NCBI RefSeq assembly: GCF_964204645.1
Contig: NC_134031.1
Span: 4,774,001-4,838,000, forward strand
Source: Tubulanus polymorphus
Lineage: Eukaryota; Animalia; Nemertea
Reading direction: 5' to 3'
Length of the DNA stretch: 64,000 bases
Below, piece after piece: positions 24,568 through 40,700 of the stretch (the first letter of the stretch is position 1; each line of letters begins with the position of its first letter). Below the pieces are notes generated by a model. That model did not search any database and had not been told where the DNA came from. It saw only the letters and a program-made list of their open reading frames with translations. The position numbers were made by a program, and so were the translations under genes.

Positions 24568-26973
24568 TAAACAGACAGGGTCCCTTTTGACTGGGAAAAT
24601 ACTCCTAAAGGAGCTTGAAATTCCTTTAATATGAGCAAAAAGCCTGAATATTGAGAAATGGGTGATAAGAAATTTCGGAAATAAACTACTGGTACAACTA
24701 AAATCGGTACAGTTGGGATTTGTTATGTAAGTGTGGTCATTTAATGATAATCGGTAGTCTATTTGCTAAAAATCTTAAGTGATGTTCTGTGCGCTGGTGG
24801 AGCCTCAATCAAAAATTGTAAGAATGGCTATAATAGAGGATCTTGGATTCTTCGCTAATTTGCCCAAAAAATGGGCTCATTGACGTTGATCTTTGATATT
24901 GTGGAGGCGCTTGTATATCTTTCTTTAGTGCAGTAAACTATGCATAAGTCACAAAATCGCTGCTGAAGTCGGAGGAAAATGTGGGGGTCCTGTTTTATTG
25001 TTTTTCAATTTTCTGTACCAAAGTCAGAAACTCGCCTAAGGACGTATTAAAATCAGAAGCTGTAAGCCTGAGAATGAAAATCGAAAAGTCAGTAATCTAA
25101 CAAACCATATCCACATTTTATTTTTACCAGAAAATATTTTTTATAAACATTATTCGCCATCAGGAAACAGATCACCTAAAAAACAAAGAGAACATATCCC
25201 AGAAAATATCGAATGTTCCATACTTAATAACACAATGGGAAAATCATTATTCCATTTCTAGAACATTTGATATCAAATTTTGACTCAAGAATAACCTATT
25301 TTACACGTTAATAAGTAAAACTTAACTTTGCTTGGAAGTACAATAAAGATTACATAGCACAGACTGAACATTATATTCAAATTTCTCATTTCCGGGCCAA
25401 ATTGTACCTTTTTGCAGTAGAGATCATAATTCGTTTTACAAATGAACCTGATGAATACTGACAGGCCCCCAGGTTTATGCCACGAATGAAATATTGAAAT
25501 AGTGTCGAAGAATTGTATAGATATAGAAATAGTTAACCCCGATCTATCCAGATCATTTAATCATGCGAAAAATCTGGGATCGATGGCTCAAAAGTCGGTT
25601 AGACCTAACCAGTGGAAAGATGCCATAGTGACAGTTGAATTAACATTGTTACTGTCCCATTTAGCTTTTACCAACTTATGGGCAACCGGCCACAAGATTA
25701 CCGGTAAATATTTCATAAATTGGGAGCGATTAAGAAACCCCAACTATATCCTGATTATGTGTATCGGCCTCACAGAAGCAAAATATAAACTTTAAAAAAA
25801 TCCCTAGAAAATACAATGTACACAGTACATGTAAATATACTACAACACTCAATTCATTAAAGCTAGCATAGATCGAGCCTGTTTTCATGTGATTATGAAA
25901 TAGGCTGTGCTCTGCCTAAGACTTGTGTATTAATGTGAAACAGCAATGAAGATACTTCGGGCTGTGAACCGCCCCGCTCATTGACAAAGTTCTGCCCAAA
26001 TGCCAGCCTTATGAAAATTTGAGCATCATTTTCAAAAGATTGGCAACACTTTTTCATTCGTTTTTGTTCAAAATATGCGCACATGCTTCCTAACTTAATT
26101 GATCTGAGGCAACACAGGGAAAATAAGCAAGATTCTCACCCCAAATATGCTAAAACTTGTGAAATTGCTTTGCATTTAATTTTCAAAGATCTTCTGCACG
26201 AGTACTCCCAGGACCCAACATTTGCGTGGGTAATTTACAAAAAGTTCCACTTTCATGAAAATTGAAGACATGGTTGGCTATAGGCCTGATACTGGTTTAT
26301 ACGGTTGAGTGAAATTCTACAACTAAATAATGAGTAAGAATTCAGGAAAAGGTTCAATAGAAACCGCTGAAAGTCTCCATTGTGGGATTCAATTTTTTGC
26401 TTAAAAAACCTCGCACAGCAAAGTCTCATAGGCTTTATTTGATATTGGCTAAAATCGCCTTTATCAAATAGTGCTACAAAACTGATCAAGATTTTTCCAC
26501 GGCCAGCATAAATCTAAAAACCATGGAAAATGACCCTTTAAAGCATTACTAAAAATTAAAAACATTCGAGTCAACGTCAGGGATTGTTCAATCAATGTCA
26601 GGGATTGTCATGTGAACTACAAGTGGGATTTACGTTTTTGTTCTAAGATTAATTGAAGAGCTATCTTACATAGTAGAACAAAAATGTGTTCTGTTGACAA
26701 AAAAGAACATGATGGACCCATCAAAAATGAAACTTCAGTGTGACTTTAAAACCTCAAATATGAGTTCGTTATGTACCGAAATCATCATAACTGATCTTGT
26801 AAATAAACAACCGACCATGCACTAGAATCCAGAACAATGAGCCAAGTCAAATCACGCGTTACCTTAAGAGCCATGAACTCAATTCTCTACCAACAAACTG
26901 TCAAAAAAACCCGACGAAATATTGAGATATAACACGTAGAAATGATGATATCACGAATTACTCTCGCGCAATG

Positions 26974-30942
<3,969 letters not shown>

Positions 30943-31499
30943 ACGAATGAAAACTCTTTTTTCTCGGCCGGTAAGACTCTGCTGGTTATTCGTAACAACA
31001 AATCATAATTTTGTTATTTCTGCATCTGAAAGAGACATCTTACGCGTATTACAGTAAGTTAAATGAGGTCTAAGAAATTATAGGATCGGCCGTTCCCTTT
31101 CAAAGTCAATTTGCCCTGGTTTTTTGACACGGCCAAAAATAAAGTTTATATACATTGATACCTAGTATGCATTATTTAAGGGGTTCTAATGTGTACTATG
31201 TCATCAATATTTGCGTTTAAGAATAACAATTACTTTTGGTTTTTGACCCCCCGGAGCTATCGTGACAAGCCCCTGGGCCTGTGGTGGTGGTGGTGGTGGT
31301 TCTAAGATGGCTGACACTGTTAAATGCGTTAAGAACGAACCATAGTGAATCCAGTTATCAGCTCCAACCACAAGTCAACTTGCAAAACTATTTTGAAAAC
31401 AGAAGTTCGCCTTTTTTATAGCAAGCCAGCTGGATAAAGAAATTCTGCTAATTAACTTAACCTAATTAACAAAACATTCAGTTTATCCCACGGAGAATA

Positions 31500-31794
31500 C
31501 CTGCTGACTGGCTATAGCTCCGAACACCAAGCTGCATGACAAATACCAGTCGACAGGAGCATTAGATTTAAAAAACGAGACCAATTTACCGAGCAATTTG
31601 TCCGCACACGTCTCCGCATCAAAGGACCACCGCCGCCATTTTGACAACTCGGCATAGAGCGTAAAACTGTCATGTGACCAAAAACAAAATGGCCGCAATG
31701 TTTACCTCGGAGATTACATCCGACTGACAAAAATAGGTCACTAAATCGTGATTTTCGGCCTTACATATGATCACAATAATAGCAGACGAAAGCT
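31500..31794. promoter_or_regulatory. Probable bidirectional promoter between SLC35E2-like and XPR1
   Basis: The genes diverge here. YY1-type motifs CGCCGCCATTTT (31631-31642) and AAAATGGCCGC (~31686) are present. A probable SLC35E2 5'UTR donor lies near 31500. Confidence 0.5.
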
Positions 31795-34700
31795 ATGAAG
31801 TTTGCGGAACACTTGGGAGCCCATATAACGCCGGAATGGCGCAAACAGTACATCAACTACGAGGTAATTTCTGTTCGTTTCTCGCTTTTCATTTCGCCAA
31901 TTCTTTCAAAATCGTGCTAAGTATCGAAATGGAGCTACGCAATCCACGCGTTTTGTGTCTCCAAGGCTAGGCTTCTGCTCATAAGCGATCAGGAACCGTA
32001 AATTGACATTCGAACAAATCTTAACTCACCTCGCTCAGGTGATATGTAATAACCTGTCTCCGGTCCCGATCCCACCCGCTGTCACTGAATTTAATGAAGT
32101 TAGTGAAGAAAAAGGGTAGGGTTAGGCCCTAACAGAAATTCAAAAGGATATTGATTTGAGATCTTTCTTACCATCGAAGCGGTATCGATAGTCAGTCACT
32201 ACATATTCAGCGACACCTTATTTAAGGGCATGAATTTTTTATTGAACCTCCAAAATCTGCAAAACATTCATCAGTAATTATATGATGCATAGTACACGGA
32301 ATACTACATGGGAGTTCTATCAAATGATATTCAGTATATTACAAAATGATAAGTTCAGTGGTTGAAAGTCAAGAGAAAATACAAACAAATACATTTTTGT
32401 CGATCGCAATATTGACTTATTCAAGTACTGTCTGTATACTGGACGATCTAACAGGTAAACCCGAGATCTTATGGGTTACCCTTTCCTTTGTCTCCATATG
32501 GACAGCTAGATAATAATTCGTGTAGCCCTTTGTCTCTTTGGTGACCTCAGACAGTTGAAGAACTTCATGTTATAAAGTCTTTTTATCCTATTTTCGTGTT
32601 TCTTAACATTCGTTATCTAGGCATATCATTGATTCTATTACCCCAATATGCTAGCGGTCAAAATGTCACAGTAGGTCTAGTTGAAATGAATGGCATTGTG
32701 GATAAAGTCTTAACTTTATTTCTGTTATAGACTGGATTTCTACCTAATAAATAGGACAGATAAAAGACAAATTTGAAATGTTCCCATTCCTTGAATTAGA
32801 ATTATCCAAAGTCTTTCTTTTTCGCTTTCCTTTTCGCGATAAAACTTGATGTTTGATGTCTGTATGATGAGCTTTTGACGAGCTCAACTTGTCATGAAGT
32901 ATTGTATAGCCCTCACGATAGGTAAAACACAATATCCGTGTTGACGCGATGAGGAGAGAATCCCACAATGATAATAAAAAGTCCGAAAATGAAACTTCGA
33001 GATAGTAGTTTATTCAACGTTTCGACTATATCCTAATAGTCATCTTCAGGAATAATGAGATACTACAGAAATTATGAGATATATATACAATCCAGGGACA
33101 AAGAGACTAATTCAAGTAATCAGAGATGATACAAACTAAAGGAAAATTAACGTAGAAACAGTTACACGCTAAAATAGATTAAAGGGAAGCAAACTAAGGG
33201 GTGATTATAAACAACAATAGTGAGTATAAATATAAATGAAACTTAAAGTCAGTAGTAAAAAGAAAGACAAACTAAGGGGCACTAAATTAAAACAAAGGTG
33301 AATACAAGTTAAGTCAGAGACGAAATTGATGAGAGAACAAATTACAAATAATCAAAGGGGAATATATATCTCATAATTTCTGTAGTATCTCATTATTCCT
33401 GAAGATGACTATTAGGATATAGTCGAAACGTTGAATAAACTACTATCTCGAAGTTTCATTTTCGGACTTTTTATTATCATTGTGGGATTCTCTCCTCATT
33501 GTATAGCCCTATTCATCGAACATCGTTTATGGCTCATGTACCAGAAAACTCAGTTTTGATTTTTGTTTTTGGTTGGAATTTAGAAATAATATTTCGAGCC
33601 ATTTTTATCGAGAAAAAATCATGATGAATAAGACCCAATCAAAAATAAATGGTTTTGTTTAATTTAAATTGAAATTTTTGACCTGGGGACACCGCAATGC
33701 AACCATTCTATCAGAGAAAGAGTTTTAAATGCCTGACCCATGAGCTGTTGTAGGCCCTGAGACACGTTCTCATGTCTTTTATAGAAAATGAAAGAAATGC
33801 TGTACAAAGCACAAGAGGAACAGCCATCGCCGGAAGGTATCTTGAACAAATGTCTCAAGCCGCTGACTTCATATTGAATTTACAGAATGATAAATGATTA
33901 AATATTTAACATTGTTTGTACCCGTTGTCGGTCAATGGTGTTTTCTCATCATTTCAGAATCACATCCCAGCGCGATCGAACGTTATCTAGTTCGATTTCA
34001 TGACTATTTCCTTCACTTTTGTCAAAAAGAACTGGCAAAGATAAATACGTTCTTCTCAGGTAAATGATTGACAGATCATTAAAACACTTCTGATGATATA
34101 GTCAAATTTGAGAGGGTTTTTTGAAGATTCACAATACCCATTATCCGAAATTATGGAAAATATTAATCTGAATTCTTGTTTAGATGTATAGATACATGTA
34201 GGCCTATGTTCGTCAATTGTTTAAAATCAATTTCTCATTGTTTTCTCAGAAAAACTCGCCGAAGCGATTCGAAAATATTCGACGCTGAAAGCCGAATTGA
34301 TGTTACACCAAGAAGCGCAGAAACGCAATAAACAACATCACCACGGCAACAAGAACAAACAGGATCCGTCGTCACAGTTGCGGCACCGCAGCAGCGTGTT
34401 CGCGGTGCTCGAAGAAAAAGAGCAAGTCGTTCAAACTCGTAAAATGCACGATTTGAAATTGGCGTTCAGCGAGTTTTATCTCAGTTTGATCTTATTGCAA
34501 AATTACCAAACTCTCAATTTCACCGGCTTTCGAAAGATTCTCAAAAAACATGACAAGGTAATAATGGTATAAGTCTATGTACAGAGTCCCCAAAACTCAG
34601 TGATTTCTTAAAAACTCCTTTTAAACAGGAATTGCTTTTAAAAGTGCTTGAAACTCCTTTGTTTTGAACAAAATGCCCTCTCAATTTCTGAGAAATGGGC

Positions 34701-37700
34701 AATTAGAAATGTTTGTAGTTGTACAGTGAACTATGCCTTAATCGATACAGTTGGGACCAAGTTTTGTTTTTACCCTATCAAGTGGTTACCGAAATAGAAA
34801 CTGAGTGGTGAAAAGTTAGTGTAAAGGATGAACATTTGCTTACTTAATGGTTTACCGAGTTAAACAGTACTGATTTAGGAGGAGTCTACAGTAATTGGGA
34901 TATGAAAGTGATGTAGACGCTTCCTTGAAATTTTCTCCATCAGAACACCTTGAGAACTCATTGTATCTAGGAATGACTGATCTGTAGGGACAGTGCACAA
35001 TTCCTCTTTGAGTTTTACGTAATGCGCAGAATATGCGGAGGATTTTTTATATTCGCTTTATTACAGCTGTACGTTACTGATCTTGGTTCGCAGTGGAGAA
35101 TGGAACACGTGGAACCAGCACCATTCTACACCAGTAAAGACGTTGATCAACTCATATCCAAAGTTGAGGTTCGTGTCAATTTCTTTGTGGATTATTTGAG
35201 TTGCCCTAAATACATAATTTGTAGTGGCTGAAACATGGATGAGTCGTCCATAATCGAATCAGTTTATAAGTTGGAAGATTTTATGATTTTTGCTTAGGGA
35301 TTTGAATAGATACTAGCCATCCAATGTTTAAATGCTCTTTAGGCCTTAAAATACCCTTTTTCGTGTAAAAAGACCGTCAACTTTACGCTTGAGGTATAAG
35401 TGATATTCTGACTATTTAATAGTTTTTATTCCGAGCTAAGACAAATAATCCAGTCTGATTTGATAAGTTGGAAGGATTTTATGAGCTGTGTTACTTTGTA
35501 AAGGGGATTTCAATGAACCACCCTATCTTGAAAACTATTTCAAATTTTTTCATGGGGAATAAGCGGTATTCCGATTGTTTGTTTTAATTAAAAGAGCAAT
35601 TATCCAGTCTTTGACGAATATGTGGTAATCGCGTGCATTCTTTACTGCAAATATAAAACATCAGACGCTTCCTCCGTCTATCTTCAGGCTTTGTTTACGA
35701 ATGAATTGGAGGGAGGAAATCGTCAGAAAGCGATGAAAAGATTGCGCGTACCGCCGCTTACCGAACAGGTACGTAAACTACTAAATTTTTATCATCGACA
35801 CTGCCCTCTGGTGGTTCGTATATAAGACTGACCTTGAAAAAAGTTTGTTATCTTGAAAAAACTGATACAATTTGAAAAAAAAGTATTGTTCTGAATCGTG
35901 ATATGCACATGACTGATTTATGATTATGTACTTAAAGAAAGACTACTTTTGAATTAACAATTTATGGAGTGATTTTTCTGATAACGTATTCTTTTCTTAT
36001 CTCAATCAAACGCTCTAATAAATGGCATTACTTGATAAACGTGAACGGTGATATTGAATTTTTTTACGCTGCGATGATTACGGTGAAAAAGTTAAAAGCT
36101 TCGCCATTGAAACGTTGTAAGAATGTGGAAATGCTTTCAAAAAGCTCGGAAATCAATAATGGTTTTAGATTATAATGGTGTGCAGCCATGGGTTTTAGTT
36201 TGAATATGAAAATTATGTAACTGCGTTTGAGCAAATCCGCAGAGCTTTAACAATGTCCACCACAAGGCCACTAGTCTACACTGCAATGTATTACCGTACG
36301 TACTGACATTTTCAGTGCACTACTTGACAGACTGACTTGTTTATCCAGAAAACATTTGAATCGCTACATTAAGGATGAAATATACATCAAAAGGACTAGA
36401 TTTAAAGGAGTTTGTTTAAAAGAGAATATATACCCTGGATGCACCGACAATGAGCAGTTTGTTATAGGTCATGTTTAGTATTACACACATGTATCTGTGT
36501 AACCACACTGCTGTAGCAATGCTTGATGCGTTAATGGGATTTCGATTGTTACTCGAATTTGGGAATGCCGCGATTTAAGAATGTAATGCAGAAGGAATGG
36601 GAGAATAGAAATGGGACTTCTCATTCGCTAATATCTCTTATCAGTTATCAATAAGGACATTGCGACATAAATAATGTGACCGTTCTGTCAGTCGATCACT
36701 TATAAAGAAAGTGTGTTATGAATCTCTGGTTCAAAGTTCGCTTCAGCTTATCTGTGTATTGATAATGTAGTAACCGGGCGAGCTGGACTGGTAAAATTGA
36801 AGTGTTCTTTATACCAGTAGTGATATTATTATATTCGGGCCGTGTATCGACTTTTTCGGATTTCGACTTCTGCGTTCGCTAACGCATACATGGCAATTCG
36901 TTCTATTCTACGTATGATATTTTCGCTGGTAAAAACCGCTCGTCGTCCGCGCGAGAACAACCCACGATGAATAATCGACCGCCGTGTTTCACGATCCAAA
37001 CGCCGGTTCGAGACGATGAGGAAGGAGAATCGTCGCAACAGCTGCCGTTTATTCCGAGGCCGCGGCGTACGACTTTAGCCGCCGAGCTGATCGAGAACTT
37101 CACGTCGCCGTTCGGTTCGCCGGCGCCGGTCTGGTTGACGATGTCGGACAGTTTCGCCGACAACGAGGACAGCGAATCGGACGATCTCAGCGACCGCATC
37201 GGCGCGATCGGATTTACACACGACAGCGGCAACGAGTCGGAGACGTCGCAACAGGAACGGTCATCGAGCGATACGCCGATCAGCGACGACGACGACGAGA
37301 ACTCGCCGTTAGTCGGGTCGTATTACGAGAAAAACACGGTTCGTTTCGAACCGTATATCAGTCGTTATGTGCTCGCCCATGAAAAACCGGTGGAAGTAAG
37401 TGCATTTCATCACGAGCGGAGAGAGAAATGGGAAATACAGCTGAAAAACGGTTACGAGCTAAACAAATTAAGGCAAACCGAAACTAGGGGGTATTATCGA
37501 AATAATTAGTGTAGTAATTACATCTAAGTAATTGTGTGGGATTCTCTATAAAGCTATCGTCACAACGCGGACATCAATGGTTTCAATGGTTACACGTACT
37601 CGGTGTTACTGCAGTAGGCAGTTCAGTAGGTTACAGCACCATTAACTAATCATTTTCATCTACTAATTTCCCCTATGCGACAATCGCAACTCTTCATAGT

Positions 37701-40700
37701 GGATGTAGCTCGATATTTTTCTGTTCATAGAAGTAGGTCATTTGACACCAAACAATGAAGATTTTTTCAGTATAGCCACATGTTTTAGATCTTGTTATCA
37801 AAAAGGAATTATGATCCATCCCAAAAGGGGTGGATCCAGAATTTTCAAAGGGGGATGCTCAGCTGGTCATCCCAAAAGAAAGTTTTGAAACATCAGTCTT
37901 ACCGGTAATTCTCATGCATTCTGCGCATTTCACTCAAAAACTGTGAATAGATAGTGCATTTTCCAAAGAGGGATGTGCTGTAGCACCTCAAGCACCCCGG
38001 CTGGATTCGCGCCTGATGAAAGGTGTAAAAAATATCTTTCCCCTATTTTCAGCCCTCTCCCTGATGATGAAGTATTTTACAATTTAATCTTGGTTCCTAG
38101 GCTCTTAAAAGATTTCTATGCTTTTCTTTGCAGTTAATGAATTTTGTTTTTGTGTATGGAAAAAGATAATTTGAAAACCCTGACTCCATCGAAATGTTGT
38201 GTTAGAAAAAGATCAATAACCTTATTAACATTTCTTTCTCTACCCTCACAGCAAAATCCATGGACTACGTTTCGAGTGGGCTTTTATATTGGTGTCTTTG
38301 TTGTACTTATTTCTATATTATGTATATCTGGTAAGTAGATATTCTAGTTGCAAATTTAGTCCCGATTTTCAGTATTTGTTACTTTTTTTATAACAACAAA
38401 TACTGATTTGTTTGATGCGTACAGAAATATGAAAGATAATTCTGAGGGTCTTACTGTTGATTACTGATTTGAACAATTGAACAATTTCTTTCATATTTCA
38501 ATGAACTTTTACTGAAAAATTCTTACTGATGGCACTTTTCAGAGGTTGGCTGCCAATGGCAGCCCTAGAATATCATTGTAGCCTATTTCCTAATTAAGAA
38601 AACCAGTTAAAAATATACAAAGCACACATTAGCTTCAACTTCGATAGACCTTTTATTTCATCATTGCGAAAAAATGATCAGAATATTGATGAATTATTTT
38701 TCAGCTCCATTATTGAAGATCGATGTCCCGTGGGTTCCAGCGTTGATCATGTACCGCGGTACGTTTCTAATCGTATTTTTCTTGGCACTGATCAGCGGAA
38801 ATACGTACGGCTGGAGAACATCGGGTGTCAACCACGTTCTGATATTCGAAATCGATCCTAGGAATCATTTGTCGCATCAGGAACTGTTAGAGGTACGGGA
38901 AATTTCATCATATACGCAGTCGTGCTGAATGAAGGCATTTTAAATACGTTTTATGAATCCATGATTTAGTAATTTAAGAAACCACTTAATTTTGAATGCA
39001 AACTTTCTACAGGGTGTCTCAGAAAATGTGATACACCTACTTCAGCTTGTAATAAAGTTCGCCAATCTTAAGAGAATCAATTAAAGCTCAGTCATGCATG
39101 AAGGAGTTGTTACCCTAATTACGCGGCATGGAGATCCTTAGCAAGATTTTAAGAGATCCTCCTGATTTAAGATATCCTACTGATTATCTGGAATACGAAC
39201 AAAAGAAGGTTTCATTAAATCACATTTTCTGAAACACCCTGTAGTGAGAGTGATTTATTCAACTACAATGTACCACTAATAGAGTGGATGCTACACTGGT
39301 TAGCATCCAAAATGTTGTGTTTTTTCAAGAAGAATGTTTCAGCTGTGATTATTATCTAATTTCAGATGGCAGGATTTTTCGGTGTGATATGGGGATTGAG
39401 TGTTATCGGTTATTTGTTTAGCAGTCTGATTCATATTCCAGTATTCGCGAATCCGCTTGCCTTGGTCGCTTTTTATGTGATTTACCTGCTGAATCCGATT
39501 AAAATTCTACATTATAAAGCACGTTTCTGGTTGCTCAGGGTACTCGTAAGTATCAACAATGGCGTGGTCACCCTTTCAGTTCTGACTCATTAATACCCTT
39601 AAGTACTGTACATAATTTGAAAATTTCGCTATATTGCGTCTACACTGCAGTGCGGTGTATCATTAGTTACTTATATTTCATAATGTTCGATAAGGTGCTG
39701 CCATCTTTCAAAAGAGATATAAACTAATTACATCAATACACTATGATGCGGTGTACTGCAAAGTCTATCACTGGTTTGTACACCGCGGTGCGGTGTAGCA
39801 ATGTAGCGACCTGAATAACAAAAGGACTCTGATTGATGTATGCATGTGTATGTATTTTTTTTCTTTTGTAGTTTCGAATCTTTACCGCTCCTTTCCATTA
39901 TGTGAGCTTTCCCGATTTCTGGCTGGCTGATCAGTTGAACAGTTTGGCCGTCATCATGCAGGATTTCGAGTTTTTCATCTGTTACTATGCATTTGAAGTT
40001 GACTGGCTAGGTGCTGATCGTAAGTACTTCTGAAACGAATACGCACAAGATAGTTAGTAGTCTAGTATCTAGCCGTCATTCCCAAACAACCATTGAAGGG
40101 GAACCCACATACATCGTCTGGTATTCACACTAGATAAGGAGCTGCAACCTCCAAGAAATTAATGGGTTTAGACTGATGCTAGGACCAGTTTAAGAATTGA
40201 GCTTGAAAACACTTGAAGTACTATAACATAACTAACATAAACGAGTTAGACATTAAGTTTCCCAATTTGGCCCTGGTAACTAAACCTTATAATGTCTACG
40301 CTATTTCTTTTAATCTAGGTCCTGAAGTGTGCAATAAGGTTACTTATGGAATCCGCCCTCTTGTTGCGCTGCTTCCCGCTTGGTTTCGGTTTGCTCAATG
40401 TCTACGACGTTATCGTGATACGAAACAAGCGTTTCCACATTTAGTCAACGCCGGCAAATATTCGACTACATTCTTTGTTGTGGTGTTTTCATCCTTAAAC
40501 AAGTATTATATCGGTAAGTATGAAGATCTCTTTTGTAGACGGCGATCCAGATAAGACCGGGCTTAATTCTAATTCCGCAAAACAGGTTTAGTCTTATACT
40601 ATTGATTACGAAAATCAATAGTATAAGACTAAACCTGTTTTGCGGAATTAGAATTAAAGACACACTCTCAGAGATGAGCATAGCTAAACTTCATTTCATC

